Below are positions 52,026-64,000 of a stretch of 64,000 bases of DNA, one piece after another; position 1 is the stretch's first letter; each line of letters opens with the position of its first letter. Position numbers and translations under genes: made by a program. The stretch comes from Asterias rubens (taxonomy: Eukaryota), in NCBI RefSeq assembly GCF_902459465.1, contig NC_047064.1:19034001-19098000 (forward strand), written 5' to 3'. The notes under the pieces were generated by a model that saw only the letters and a program-made list of their open reading frames with translations, searched no databases and was not told the origin of the DNA.

Positions 52026-52400
52026 TCAAGGCAGTGGACACTATTGGTAATTACTCAAAATAATTATTAGCATAAAACCTTACTTGGTAACGAGTAATGG
52101 GGAGCTGTTGATAATAAAACATTGTGAGAAACGGCTCCCTCTGAAGTAACGTAGTTTTCGAGAAAGAAGTAATTTCCCACGAATTTGATTTCGTGACCTC
52201 AAAATTAGATTTTGGGTCTCGAAATTAAGCGTCTGTAAGCAAACAACTTCGTGTGGTGTTTTTTTCTTTCATAGTTATCTCGCAACTTCGACGACCAATT
52301 GGGTTCAAATTTTCACAGGTTTGTTATTTTATGCATGTTGAGATACACCAAGTTAGAAGTCTGTTCTTTGACAATTTCCATTAGGGTCCAGTCTCTTTAA
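52026..52400. mobile_element. Family A MITE, near full length
   Basis: AAGGCAGTGGACACTATTGGTAATTACTC ... GGTCCAGTCTCT|TTAA. Confidence 0.83.
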
Positions 52401-53842
52401 CAGCTTAATGACATTGTTTTCCCCACACTGCACCTGTCTCAATGTTCTAATCATTACCGGTAGTGTGTTAAGGCGTCATCAATTAAATAACATTATGTGT
52501 CCGTCATCGCTTCCCTTTCAATTAGATACCCTGTATCGAAAAGGGATACAGTATAATTACCTTATGAAGCACCGCCAAACCACTTATAGATTATGTTTAC
52601 ATTTATCTTTGATACCATATCTCTACATGTCGTTTCCTAACGTTAAGACAACAATTTTCATAACCTGAGGCTAACACTGGATAGCCGATAAAGGCTACCA
52701 TAAGACCGATGTCGACGGCTTGGGTTTAGGCCTGCCTTAGGCTCTGTCTCAGTTATTTTGGTAAACGGAGCCCAAGCTGAAGTTAACCTTACTCAACCAA
52801 TACGGATTTTTTTCACACAAAAACAACAAACAATTTTACCACGTCTAACAACTACACTGAATTTGTTCGTTCATTTTCATTGAGGTAAAAGGGAAATAAC
52901 ATCATTTGTAAATTGTTTTATTTTATTTCGAGACAAATAATATGTGAAGAAAATTTATGGGTAGAATTTAGTATGAATGTCGTTTAAACAAACTGCTTAC
53001 TATGTCAGTCCGTGATTGCCGAGAAAAAAGATCGGTAAAAAACTACGAAGATTTTAAATTGTCAGACAACTCTTGACATACCTTTTAAATGCATTTCCAT
53101 GGAATGATCAACACAAAATCATTTCAAATATATATAGGGCGCCCCCACGTGTCTTTAAAAATGGCTTGCCAGTATGACGGCGACATCAAATTACAAAACG
53201 GGCTTTCAAAGGAAATCAAATTCAAGTTGTTAACCTTATAGAACTTTGTAACGACTTTTTAAATCTCTTTTACACTCACACTGTCTACGTCGAATTGGCA
53301 CGCTCTCAAATTAAAGTGGCTTTTCCATTCTAACCCAAAGAGCACCGCCAGCCGGGCGCCCGATGTCAAATCCTTATCCTCCGGCAACAATTTCCTCTTA
53401 ATTTGGACAATACCCTCACTGGGACACGCGAGTTCGGCAGGTCTTTTAAAGTCATTACTTGTAGGGATTAAGTACAAATTGAACTGGCAATGAGGTTCAC
53501 CTGGCAATGGACGAGACGGCTTTACGGGGGTTTAACCCACCCAGAGGGTGTACCTACCTTACCCCCTTACGGCTATACTAAAGAAGTTACAGTCTCATTA
53601 TTTCATGAAGTCGATGTTAATTGACATGGCGTCTCGGAAACAGTTAAATTTGTGTGGATAATGGCTGCTGATGAGTTCACTGAACTTCACAAGTACGCGC
53701 TTCGTCCCTTGAACTCCAAACCCCTTCTACCAATTAGCCACTCCTGTAATCATATACTGTTGTGAATATTCAAGCCAGCTTGTTTTTTTTTTATAATGTA
53801 ATTACAATTTATTCCTCCATGTTACAACTATACTGAGGTCAG

Positions 53843-54067
53843 GGCCCAATTTCATTGAACTGCTTAAGGTCATGAAGGAAGAAGGTTAAGCAGAAAATAT
53901 GCTAAACAATTGTCTGCTATTAGCAACAATGAGCAGGATACCAGTCTCCAGTTCCACATAAATATTATTATAACATCATAGTTAAGCTGGTAACCTTATA
54001 ATGGTAAGCATGATTTTGTTGTGCTTAGCTACTTTTGTGGTTTTAAGCGGCTCTATGAAATTTGGCA
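53843..54067. mobile_element. CWG-TSD MITE (family B)
   Basis: CAG|GGCCCAATTTCAT ... CTCTATGAAATTTGGCA|CAG. Confidence 0.72.
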
Positions 54068-54876
54068 CAGGCGGCTAGACTGCAGGACATGTAGAGTCAC
54101 TGCGTCGTGGGTTCGAATCCGGTCAAGCTATAGCTTACCACTGATGGCAGACAAGTGACCCACCCAACAAAAGCAAATTAATTTATGAATGAGAACCACG
54201 CTGTCAATTCGTCTCGACCGTTTGTGAAATTACATATCCTTGCAGATTTGTTCTGCTTAGCAAGCACAAACATTAGCATTTAACAGCTTTATGAAATTGG
54301 GGTAGAGACCGTTTTCCATTCTGGCTCGATTTGATTTAATGTCACGAAGCTTAAAACGCCTGTGGCAACGGCTATGGCTGCAAAGACATCACATAGAAGA
54401 TCCGGCTATAGCTGCTGCTGTCAAAAACATTAATGCCCACACGAATATTATAAGAACAACCATATGTATGTACTTTTTAAAAAGTCGACTATACTTTACT
54501 TCCTCCTGCCATCTGAATTATCCAAAGCTTTTGTTTCCTTGTTATTAAAAACACTTACTTACTTTGACCTCTATCTGTCCAGGTCTGTCTCTCCGTCTTG
54601 CTTGTCTAGGTTCTATACCTATCAACTCTGTCCTATAGAATTATCTGTTATAATCAACATGCCCTGAAGAAATACAAAGAAAGTAACAATTTTATTCAGA
54701 GGACACCTTTTTGGAGTGAATTGCAGTCAACCCTTGTATAAACAGCACCTAAAGGGGGTTAAGCTTTCTGAAGACCCGACTCTCATTTCTGTTTCGTTCT
54801 TCTTTTTGCTCTCCTCTTATATCAACTTTCCTGCTATGAAGAGGTAATATTAATAAGGCCAGTCCCAGCCTACTAA

Positions 54877-55061
54877 AGCCCGGTTCAAACTTCCTGCGAA
54901 TGCGAATGCGAATGCGAAGCGAATCTTGACGTCACAAATTCGCAACGAAAAATTCGCAGCAGTTGCCCTCTGCTAACTCCCTTGCGAATAATTGCTGCGA
55001 AAGAAGGGTGTGACGTCAAATTCGCTTCGCATTCGTATTCGCAGGAAGTATGAACCGGGCT
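54877..55061. mobile_element. PIF/Harbinger-type MITE with TAA TSD
   Basis: TAA|AGCCCGGTTCAAACTTCCTGCGAAT ... ATTCGCAGGAAGTATGAACCGGGCT|TAA; long TIRs containing (GCGAAT)n. Confidence 0.85.
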
Positions 55062-56010
55062 TAATTGTTATGAGGGTCGACTGTATAACGTGTACCCTTA
55101 CTCTATACGTCAGTATTCAGTGCATTTAGACCATGGGACAAAAAGAAAGGGGGGAAGTAAACGGATAAATTGTATGTCCCTTGGAAGATGCTATGTACTG
55201 GGACAAATGAAAGAACAATAGAATGCTCTACAGGGATGCATATAATAATTTGATGATGTTTGGACCTTGAACAAAATAATGTCCACACTACTGAGTGTAG
55301 GCAACACAGAGCTTTGTGTCTTGAAGACTCTGTGGAGGGGATGCAAATGTACTTGGGCAAACACCCAAAAGCTAGAGAAGCATTATGAAAGGATTTGGGC
55401 AACACTAATACACCTCATCAAAGAAATGAAATGGCTCAAAATCTGATCAAAAGGATAAGTAACAATTAAAAAATAACTCAACACCTTGAGAAATATCAAC
55501 CCAACACATTGTTAGTTTAACAAGAACTTTATATTTCATCCTTTGTGATAATCCGATGTGGCTTAACCCTATAAGCCTATATCATAACTCTTACACAATT
55601 GCCAGGGGTCATGGTAATACCAATTTATATGAGTAAACTCAAATCAAACCCTGTTACTTCTATATTTAAAAAAAATTACATTTTTGTATTTACAAAAAAA
55701 CCAACAACACTGTACATAAAATCTTAAAATTATTATAAAGTACTGTTCATATGGCAAATTTATACATAAATAATTCAAAGATTGATAAAAATAATCAAAA
55801 GTGCATCAAACAAACGGTCATAATTCCAGTTGACATAAAAGTCTGTAGCAAAGGGCTAGAAGAAGACCATATAATTCTATATTCCCTTGTAATATTTACA
55901 TTTAAAAAACTTTTGCAGTAGGCATTGTTCCCCCCTTTCAGAATCATGCTTTACTCTGTTCTCAGTGTGTGTATTATCAGTCTTTACACAATTTTTGAAA
56001 ACCAGTGCAT

Positions 56011-56382
56011 TTAAAGACAGTGGACACTATTTGGTAATTGTCAAAGACCAGTCCTCTCACCTGGTGTATCTCAACATATACATAAAATAACAAACCTGTG
56101 AAAATTTGAGCTCAATTGGTCGTCAAAGTTGCGAAAAACACCGTTGTCACACGAAGTTGTGTGCTTTCAGATGCTTGATTTCGAGACCTCAAATTCTAAA
56201 CTTGAGATCTCAAAATCAAATTCGTGGGAAAATTACTTCTTTCTCGAAAACTATGGCACTTCAGAGGGAGCCGTTTCTCACAATGTTTTATACCATCAAC
56301 TTCTCCCCATTACTCGTAACCAAGTAAGCTTTTATGCTAATAATTATTTTGAGTAATTACCAATAGTGTCCACTGCCTTTAA
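56011..56382. mobile_element. Family A MITE, full length, downstream of the DIPK2-like stop codon
   Basis: TTAA-flanked, both TIRs present. Confidence 0.86.
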
Positions 56383-58871
56383 TGCCATGTTTCCAATACA
56401 CAAAATAAACACAAAAATGCTTGATATGGTGATCCCCTGTCTTTTCTGTCTTCATTTTGTTATGGAAGTCTCATGAATTGTTGTGAGGGTACTTCTAGCT
56501 GCACAAGATTAAAAGAGTGTGTTTAAGTATCAGACATGCAACTTTCTAATTGCAAAAAAAAAGAAATGGCTGACCACGCTTGATTTTTGTAGTGTTTTTT
56601 TAGTCATTTTCTATGGCACTGTTTTGAAAAAAGAAGTGGAAATCAGCAGAAAAGTTTAGAACATTCGGGGGACACGCTCTGCCACACTTAGTATACAAAA
56701 CTGAAAGGAACTTGTAATAACAAGTAAATCAATGCACACCAAAACAATAAGTGCAGATATAACAAATAAATCAACAAAAATAAACAAATTATGCGTTACT
56801 GCACACACGCTTCGTCCATCCAAATCTGTGGAGACTGTGCTGGCGTGCAGGAACTAAGCAAGAGTTTTATTAGTGCTGTATTGACACCTTGCACCTTGCA
56901 CAATGCACAACGCCTTTTAAGTCCTGCCAAATAGGGGACCTACTGTCTGCCGTTTTGGAAGTCAAAATAACACACCAGAATTGGCCCTCGACATGCAGAA
57001 GTGCATTCTTCATTGTATAACAAGGGGCTAATAAATCCACAGGCCTGCTTTTATCATGACCATACAGCCCCTTCACATCATAACTGTGTGGTGTGATGTT
57101 ACACATGTACCTTTATTTGTAACATCAGTGTAGAACAATTTTGGCATGCAAAGTATCTTTACATTCCCAGACCTGGAATTTCATATTTGAGATGGCAAGG
57201 CCATTTTCCGAAGGGCAAGGCAAATTTCCAAAGGGTTTCCCTAAAAACAAAAAGGTGTATGGGAAACTTTTGAATAAGCACCAAGGCGAATACGAGGCCT
57301 CTGTGTTATTCCAAGCGTGCATAATCCAAAGAAACATAAACAAATAAACAAAACTATAACAAAAAGTTGGGCAACCACAAACTACTTATTAATGAATGCC
57401 ATTAAAATGGAAAAGGTCAATCCGGAACAAAATCATGTCCATTTCATCAAACTAAATGGAAATGAATTTTTGGGATGGTATGCCATGGTTAAAAAGCAAA
57501 ATAAAATAAAAAAATACAAAACAACTCAAAGCAACAAAAGAAATTCCATGTGTCAAAACTATTTCAAATATATGTTTTTCATTTTTAGCACCTGTACAAA
57601 TTGTTGCACCTTTTCTTGCATTCCGAAAGGGAACAATAGTTTACTTTCTATAAAAAAATTCTTTTCCCAGCTTTTTGTGATATCTTTTCATAGTGTTAGG
57701 TCTCATTGTTGGTTAGCTTAGTGAGCCAGGATAAGTGAAATTAGTGGTGACAGCTATTCAGCACTAGTATAAATGTTTGATTTATGACTCGAACTCACGC
57801 TCCAATTCTGAAGTTCCAAAATGATTCATCATAATTTCATGTTTATGAAAAACAAATCGGTCAAGCTGCACATGTCAACAAATAAATACAAATTCAACCC
57901 TGAAATAATTGAGACGTACCACAACAGAAAGAGGTGGTACACCAACAAAATTATAACTTAACTTTGAAAGGTGTGCAACATTTGGTATTATTAAAAAAAT
58001 TATAAAAATTTTCACAGATCTGAACCTAACTTACATGGTATAAAGATGGCCATGGTGGAAACCTTCACTTGAATTATTTTCGCTTGAAATGCTACAGTTT
58101 TTGAAAAATGGATAAAACAATTAGTTTTAATCTCGCAGGTTCCAAAACAGCATGCTTGAAAACAGTAAAAACTTATCATGGTCTTACCAAATTAACCTGT
58201 GACAAACATTTCTGAGAAAGATTTGCAATATAATAAAATTATCTTTTTTTATCACTAAAGGTAGATTGGTAAATAGACAGTTGTGTTGTTGTTTTCTCAA
58301 ATGAAAGGAAATGTAAAAGAACTTTCACATGTGATCTATGTTGGAAGACACCAACCAATCACCCTACTTATAAGCTTTCATACAACCAATTTTTGGAGGC
58401 ATTAAAAAAAACCAATCCAGCACTCAAAGTTTTTCCCTACTGATTTCAAAAGATATTTAAATTCTTTTGTAAAACCAGATTTGTAAAACTGTACGACTCT
58501 CATTTGGTAAGTTTACCAACTTCACATAAAGTTTCAACGCAGTTTATTTGTAGTCAAGCAGTGATGTACAACTTCTTGGACCTCACTTTCCTCTCCAAGT
58601 TTACCTGAACTCTCCCAAGAGAAAATCTCTAAGCGTTCTTAAGAGAAAAGGTGTATCAACAATGCCAACCACAGATGATTTTCTTGTTGTGTTGTCATTT
58701 AGCCTGTGAGAAAGGCTCTGCTAGGGTCAAAACGTCAGGTTTGTACATTAACTACTTTTTGCACAACTGAAATTCGATTGAGCCCTCGAGGCTCAAAAAA
58801 AAACATCAGAGATTTACCAGCGGAAAAAGGGCATAGTTTGTCGGCAATATACATCCATTCCTTTGAGGACC

Positions 58872-59026
58872 TCACTGTGTAAGATGTCTTCCAATTGCCT
58901 CCAGAAGTCTTTTAATAATATTAGCCGATTGGCGCCTCTGTCCTGGTATTGATTCAAAGACACAGTTGAAGAGAAGGTTGGACAGATTCGGCTCAAGAAC
59001 ATCTGGAATGTCATGGAGAAGACCGA
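58872..59026 (-). CDS. DIPK2A-like: Terminal coding exon of the DIPK2/DIA1-like gene
   Basis: Acceptor tttctctccatttcAG, phase 1, reads (V)GLLHDIPDVLEPNLSNLLFNCVFESIPGQRRQSANIIKRLLEAIGRHLTQ then TGA at 58874-58872. GLLHD and LL..C match the DIPK2 C-terminus (GGLLHDPP...LLDECA). Confidence 0.88.
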
Positions 59027-59076
59027 CTGAAATGGAGAGAAAAAAAATGTCAAAGTACACCACACTACACTGTAGA

Positions 59077-59254
59077 TAAGCCTGGGCAACAAGTGCGACT
59101 AGTCTCGCAGTCACGACTTGATTGCTTAGTCGAGTCACATCTATCGTTTTTCATCTACTTGGTTAATTGTGCCGCCACGACTACTACAAAAATACTTCCA
59201 ACCATTTGAGGCACGACTAGTCGATTTGTAATTTTCACTAGTCGCCCAAGCTGA
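59077..59254. mobile_element. hAT-like MITE with 8-bp TSD in the last DIPK2-like intron
   Basis: Termini TAAGCCTGGGC / GCCCAAGCTGA; flanks ACTGTAGA (59069-59076) and ACTGTGGA (59255-59262). Confidence 0.7.
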
Positions 59255-61032
59255 ACTGTGGATACTACAAGGCAGTACAGCTATTACCTAAACTTTGAGT
59301 TTCGACTGAACCTATTTTCCTGTTGGAGGTCACGGGTGAAGCTGACTTTGACAATCTCACATGATCAACACAATCAGGTTGCAGAGTTTGTTTACTTCAG
59401 AGATGCTGTGGATAAGCGAATTATATCTCAAACAAACAGCAAAACAAGTAACATCTGAGAAGGAAAACAGTTTTGAACATTCATCTTAATTTCTGCAAGG
59501 CTTTTTTGCGATGTTGGATAATTAATTTCCTACTGCCCTTCCTTGATGCAGCTATAAAAACACTGTTAACTTGACACTTCCTGGATCCCTAACGGATCAA
59601 AACTAGTGGGAAGAACAAGATTTAATTTTAGATCAATTTCGTTGAATTTTGAAAAGTGTGGTTAATGTAGAGGGCTAATTTTTTCAACAGGACGGATTGT
59701 TTTTCCCCTTCCTGGTTTTACTTTGAAAAGGTCAAGGCCATTTCTCCCTTACTCCAGGGTTGAGCAGCCTGGCTGATGAGGACTAAGAAAAGACCTCCAA
59801 AAGCAGATTATGAAAATTTGTAATTTTGACCCTTGATTTTTTGAAATTTTATGACATTAGAGCCAAAGTAAGTAAGTTGAAATGTTTTAAAGTACCCTTG
59901 GATTTGGGGTGGAGGAATGGGACGGGGGTGGGAGCCACTGTTGTAGCTAAAACAATTTTAGTGGGGGGCTCTATAATTCAGCCCACCAAGGACGAGCAGT
60001 TCAACAAAATTATTCATGTTATAATAAATGGGGCCATCACTGTTGAAGTGCAATCATGGGGAAATCTGTGCTGGGGGCAGCACAGTGTATTCTGCTCAGA
60101 GTGCTGGGCAAAATTTGTTAGTTGCGGCACCGCCCACCGTGGCTACAACACTAGTGAGAGCCATTAAACCTACCAGACCAGTTTAAAAAGCTAGCTATTC
60201 TACACACCCATCCCATCCCCACCAACGTTTTGCCACAACATCATTGTTAAACATTTTACAACTGGGGAAGTAGCACATGGAAGTAATTTGTTATGACTTT
60301 GCTCCCCATCCCTCCTTTTACACGTTCCTGTCACTACCTGCATCTATCTTCGTCAAATTTCCTAGATACAAAATGAAAATGATAATTTGTTTTTTCTTTA
60401 GTTCAGCCCGGACTAAGTTTAATTAGATTGCGGTTGAATGGAGGATGGTCCCAATTTGATGGCGCTGACCTCAGCGCTTACTGTGCCCTGTAAAAGTGCA
60501 TGATTCTATAGATGGATTGCAATACGCATCATCGACTGCCATCTTTGATGTATTAACAAAGGAAAAGTGCATGCGTAGTCTGGGAGATCGTGTATGCGCT
60601 GATTTTTATGGTTACATGTAGCAATTGTTTTAAATTGGGCCAATGTTGTGCCAAAAGACCCCCCTCTTATCAACCCAAGGGAGGATCCAGGGGGGACAAC
60701 TTGAGAGACCTTATGCTGACTACTGTGTTGCATAAATCTTTAACTGATGCTGCACCTTGCTCAAGATGAAAATTAAAGTGTTGCCCACACCCCAAAAGCC
60801 CAAATTCTACAGCTTGAATTTTGAAGGTTTTTTTGTTCTATTTCCTTTGTCAATTATGTCACCAACTGGCCACTTAGAATGCAAATTTCGGACCCTTAAG
60901 CGGGCCCCAGACTCCACAGCAAAAAAAACCTTCTCACTCACTCCATCAGGTTGGCCCCCCAAAAATGTTGGTCAACCCACCTTCTTTTCCCATATTGTCA
61001 TCAAAATAAAAGCCCTTTACTAATAATCTCAC

Positions 61033-61248
61033 CCTTAGGCTTCTGTTTCTCACTCTCTGGATAGAAGAACCGTAGGTACTTGGTGGATTCTAAGTCGGAT
61101 AGGAGTCTATGGCAAGCGTGAAGCAGCATGATCTGAGAATACATAGGAACATGAGCGCAGTCCTTGCCACCACTCTGGTATAGATTTGAGACGAAACTCA
61201 CGAAGCATTCCTCGTTGCACGGCTCCTTGAAGGGAGGTAGTTTCTTGG
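61033..61248 (-). CDS. DIPK2A-like: Next coding exon of the DIPK2/DIA1-like gene
   Basis: Acceptor tttttcacctcAG, donor GTgaga, 216 nt, phase 1 to 1, open in frame with the previous exon: (A)KKLPPFKEPCNEECFVSFVSNLYQSGGKDCAHVPMYSQIMLLHACHRLLSDLESTKYLRFFYPESEKQKPK. Cys spacing and ACHRLLS resemble the DIPK2A AVCQNLLS region. Confidence 0.85.
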
Positions 61249-61842
61249 CTGAGGTGAAAAATAAAAACAAATTTAAGTTTTCTACCAATTATGTATTTAT
61301 AGGTGGCTCAACTTTGACACTTTTACAAGGGAAAGTTTGACACTGGGCTCAACTTTGACACTTTCACTTCCACTGGGGATTAGAAGAAGTTTATATTTAT
61401 AGATGACAAGGCTATAGTGTTTAATAACTTGTCAATAATGTGACTTAAGCAGGAAATTGTTTTCAGGCTTTAATGCCAAGCTGGTAAAAATACTCATTTG
61501 GCATTTCGAAAAGGGCAATTTCAACGTGGCATATCTGTTTTAACAAGAACATGAGCAGAAAATTAGTCCAAGGCAAGAATTTATTGATACAACACCTGTT
61601 TTCTGTTCGGGATGAATGTTATTATTGTTGTTTATTATAAATATTCAAACATCACTGCCAAAGGCTGATTTGTGTTCCAAATACAGAGATTCATAAATAT
61701 GGGAAAGTTTTGCCAGGCAGACGTTATATTTTGAAAAGTATAGCCAACATCTTTTTGCCCAAGTTCTCAACTTTTCCATGTAAGTTTTCTAGAAACCTGT
61801 CAGTGAGACTCTTCTCTAACATTTGTTGCAATTTAGATACAT

Positions 61843-62005
61843 GGGATCAGTGGTTTCTTTCCCTGCCTTTCACCTCTGTGAACCCTGGTTCGAATCCCAC
61901 TTCAGACCCCGGGCCTTGCTCGTGGATTTGGTTTCATTCCCTACCTGATCATGTGAGTTTTTCCCCGAGAGTCTTCCTCCCACATCTAAAACTCAACACT
62001 TCATC
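61843..62005 (+). mobile_element. tRNA-derived SINE fragment (V-SINE-like body)
   Basis: B box GGTTCGAATCCC at 61887-61898, followed by a degenerate GTTTTTCCCCGAGAGTCTTCCTCCCACATCTAAAAC. Confidence 0.55.
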
Positions 62006-62215
62006 ACATTTCCTATCCATCCTGTTATTTGCACTTTTGGATGAGTAATAAATAAATAACATAAAAGTAAAATTAATTATGTAGAAGATTGCTTAACCGC
62101 AAAATTAGCACTAATAACAGGATAAATAGGAAATGAGAAGAACTAACTAACTTGTACAAAAAAAGTTGTAAGTGTAGGTTTCTTATTCTCATCTGGAATC
62201 ATTTACACAATGTAC

Positions 62216-62568
62216 TTCACGGCACTGGACACTTTTACTCAAAATAATCATTAGCATAAAAACTGCCTTGGTAACAAGCAATGGAGATCTCGCTGTTTAT
62301 AGTATGAACAATTGTGAGAAATGGATCCCTCTGAAATTACATAGTATTTGAGAAGGAGGTAATTTCTCACTCAAATAATAAAACACTTCAGCTGAAGCCT
62401 GCTATTAAGCAGCTGACAGCACACAAATTTGTGGAACAAGGGTGTTTTCTTTTTATCATTATTCTCTTGCAACTTCGATGGCCAGTTGAGTCCAAATTTT
62501 CACAGAGTTGTTTTTTATGAATACGTTGGGATACACCATGTGAGAACAAAGGTGTCCAGTGCTTGTAA
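62216..62568. mobile_element. Family A MITE, diverged, in a DIPK2-like intron
   Basis: GGCACTGGACAC ... GGTGTCCAGTGC; opposite orientation to the 56011 copy. Confidence 0.75.
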
Positions 62569-62616
62569 GTGTTAATCATTTCATTAATGGTTCGTCTTGA
62601 CATGAAACAAACAAAC

Positions 62617-62926
62617 CTGAAGCAATCTCCTGTTTATCAACGATTGAAATATCCTCCAGATCCAGAAGTTGGATGCGTCGGTCTGGCGTCACAGCAAAGT
62701 TATCAAAGCTGAAATCAGCCAGTATGACCATCCAGTCGGGACTGGCGTGCTGGAAATCGTGAATCATCTGAAAGATCTGTCTGGCGAGATCTGCCCGGAT
62801 GTCCCAGGACGCATTGCGGTACTCGCTGAGAGGTACGCCGGCTTCCGCCACTACGATCATCCGACCGCACTCTCCCAGGTAGGCAGGGAAATACTTCTGG
62901 AGTTCTGGAACCTTCTGCTCAAAGAA
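62617..62926 (-). CDS. DIPK2A-like: Internal coding exon of a divergent protein kinase domain protein (DIPK2/DIA1/C3orf58 family), kinase-like core
   Basis: Acceptor tcttgtctttatAG, donor GTttgt, 310 nt, phase 0 to 1. Translation FFEQKVPELQKYFPAYLGECGRMIVVAEAG...ASWDIRADLARQIFQMI...LADFSFDNFAVTPDRRIQLLDLEDISIVDK resembles DIPK2A KYLGACGRMVAV...APWEKRVDLAWQLM...LDVSFDNFAV...IIVDAENVLVADK (recalled from memory, no alignment run). Confidence 0.9.
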
Positions 62927-63024
62927 CTATAAAGACAAGAAAAAAAGTGACTAATTTTAGTTCAAAAGATTAGTAAAAAAGAGGTTGCTCCAAGAATTCT
63001 TAAAATCTTTAAGCGTTCAGGTTT

Positions 63025-63225
63025 AATAATAAATAATAATAATAACCCGTTTTTTATATAGCGCTTTTCACACCCAAAGGGAGTCCCAAAGCGCTTCACA
63101 TTATTATCCCTCGTCACTGGGTCTTAAATCACTCCTTAAACCATCTCAGCTCTCTGATGGGGAGTATGCAGCCTGTGCTACATTAACATGCGCTACTCAG
63201 CCAAATCAATCACAAGAACCATCTT
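63025..63225 (-). mobile_element. LINE/SINE 3' tail (L2/CR1-like) ending in (ATT)n
   Basis: On the plus strand AATAATAAT...TTTATATAGCGCTTTTCAC...CAAAGCGCTTCACA, the typical reverse read of an L2-type 3' end. Confidence 0.5.
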
Positions 63226-64000
63226 TGCAATTATAGTTTACTTTTTAACCAACAGTAATTGCACATAGGCACAAGAAAGGGGAAAAGTTTTGAAAAGATG
63301 AAAAGTGTTTGAAAAGGGGAAAGTACCGTCATTCAATGTGAACACTTTATTGAGTGGAAACTTCTAGGTTAGAAGAACATAAATAATCATTTCTCCTTTG
63401 TCTAATATATGGTGTTCCTAGTGTTCACAAAAGGTAGGCTTATTTGATGAAGGGTGAAATCACTTCACAATGCTTTTTCTGTTAACTTTCTGCATGATTT
63501 GAAAAACACAAATCCCTCATTAATCTTAATCTCCTATCCTCTATCTGAACTGGACTGAAAGTCTTTCCCCCGTGGGTCCTTTCAGGAATACCTGACTCTT
63601 TCAATTCTAAGGAGATCAATCTTATCTGGTCCAAGACTGTAATAAATTCTGTATAACAATGTCTTAGAAAAAAGATGGTTATGCAGGACTTTTTTCTTAA
63701 GTTGCTGCATGCATGCTTGTTCCAGCTCCTTTTCAACAAGTGCATTCTACCAGAACAGTTGTTAAACCTAAAACTGACTGAAATTAAAATAAAGTCTCTC
63801 AGAAACTGCAGGATAATCGAGATTGACTGCAGAAGACCTTTTGTCGGAGATGACCGATCGCTCGAGCTGAGCTGAACAGGAAATTACGGTAGGCAAAAAG
63901 CCTCTTCTGAGAAACTTTTCTTCCTACTCAATAACCTTCCAGCTGTGACTAATAAAAGACCATCTTAAAGATCCAAAAGACTACTGATCCCTTGACAGAC

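Noticed and set aside
30104-54125. tRNA genes suggested by GGTTCGAATCC (30129, 54110; also 61887)
   Set aside because: No complete cloverleaf or acceptor stem; these are SINE heads.
62669-62932. Plus-strand 87-aa ORF
   Set aside because: Antisense shadow of the real DIPK2-like exon.
63487-63636. Candidate upstream DIPK2-like exon LDQIRLISLELKESG...LRLMRDLCFSNHAE (minus), and a frame at about 63770-63890
   Set aside because: The only available donor is weak (GTTAAC) and phase 1, which does not fit the phase-0 acceptor at 62926; homology is unconvincing. Left unresolved.

Overview
AT-rich eukaryotic (animal) genomic DNA, mostly intronic or intergenic and dense in short non-autonomous DNA transposons. 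The repeat families and the gene subfamily suggest an echinoderm such as a sea star; this is an inference. The only coding sequence I can firmly support is the 3' part of a minus-strand gene for a divergent secretory-pathway kinase of the DIPK2/DIA1 (C3orf58) family. It has three phase-consistent GT-AG exons at 62926-62617, 61248-61033 and 59026-58872, and its 5' part is unresolved or lies beyond the window. The rest holds about 20 copies or fragments of a TTAA-flanked Kolobok-like MITE, several CWG-, TAA- and 8-bp-TSD MITEs, a Helentron/HINE-like element with tandemly amplified termini, Penelope-like hammerhead-type modules, tRNA-derived SINE heads, tandem repeats and some promoter-like motif clusters. 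Nearly all ORFs in the supplied track are repeat-derived or chance. The most unusual observations are a MITE with a 23-bp TTAA-to-TTAA target duplication, a three-unit array of conserved double hairpins with divergent spacers (9350-9756), the terminally amplified Helentron, and several nested insertions. There is no CRISPR, rRNA or intact tRNA.
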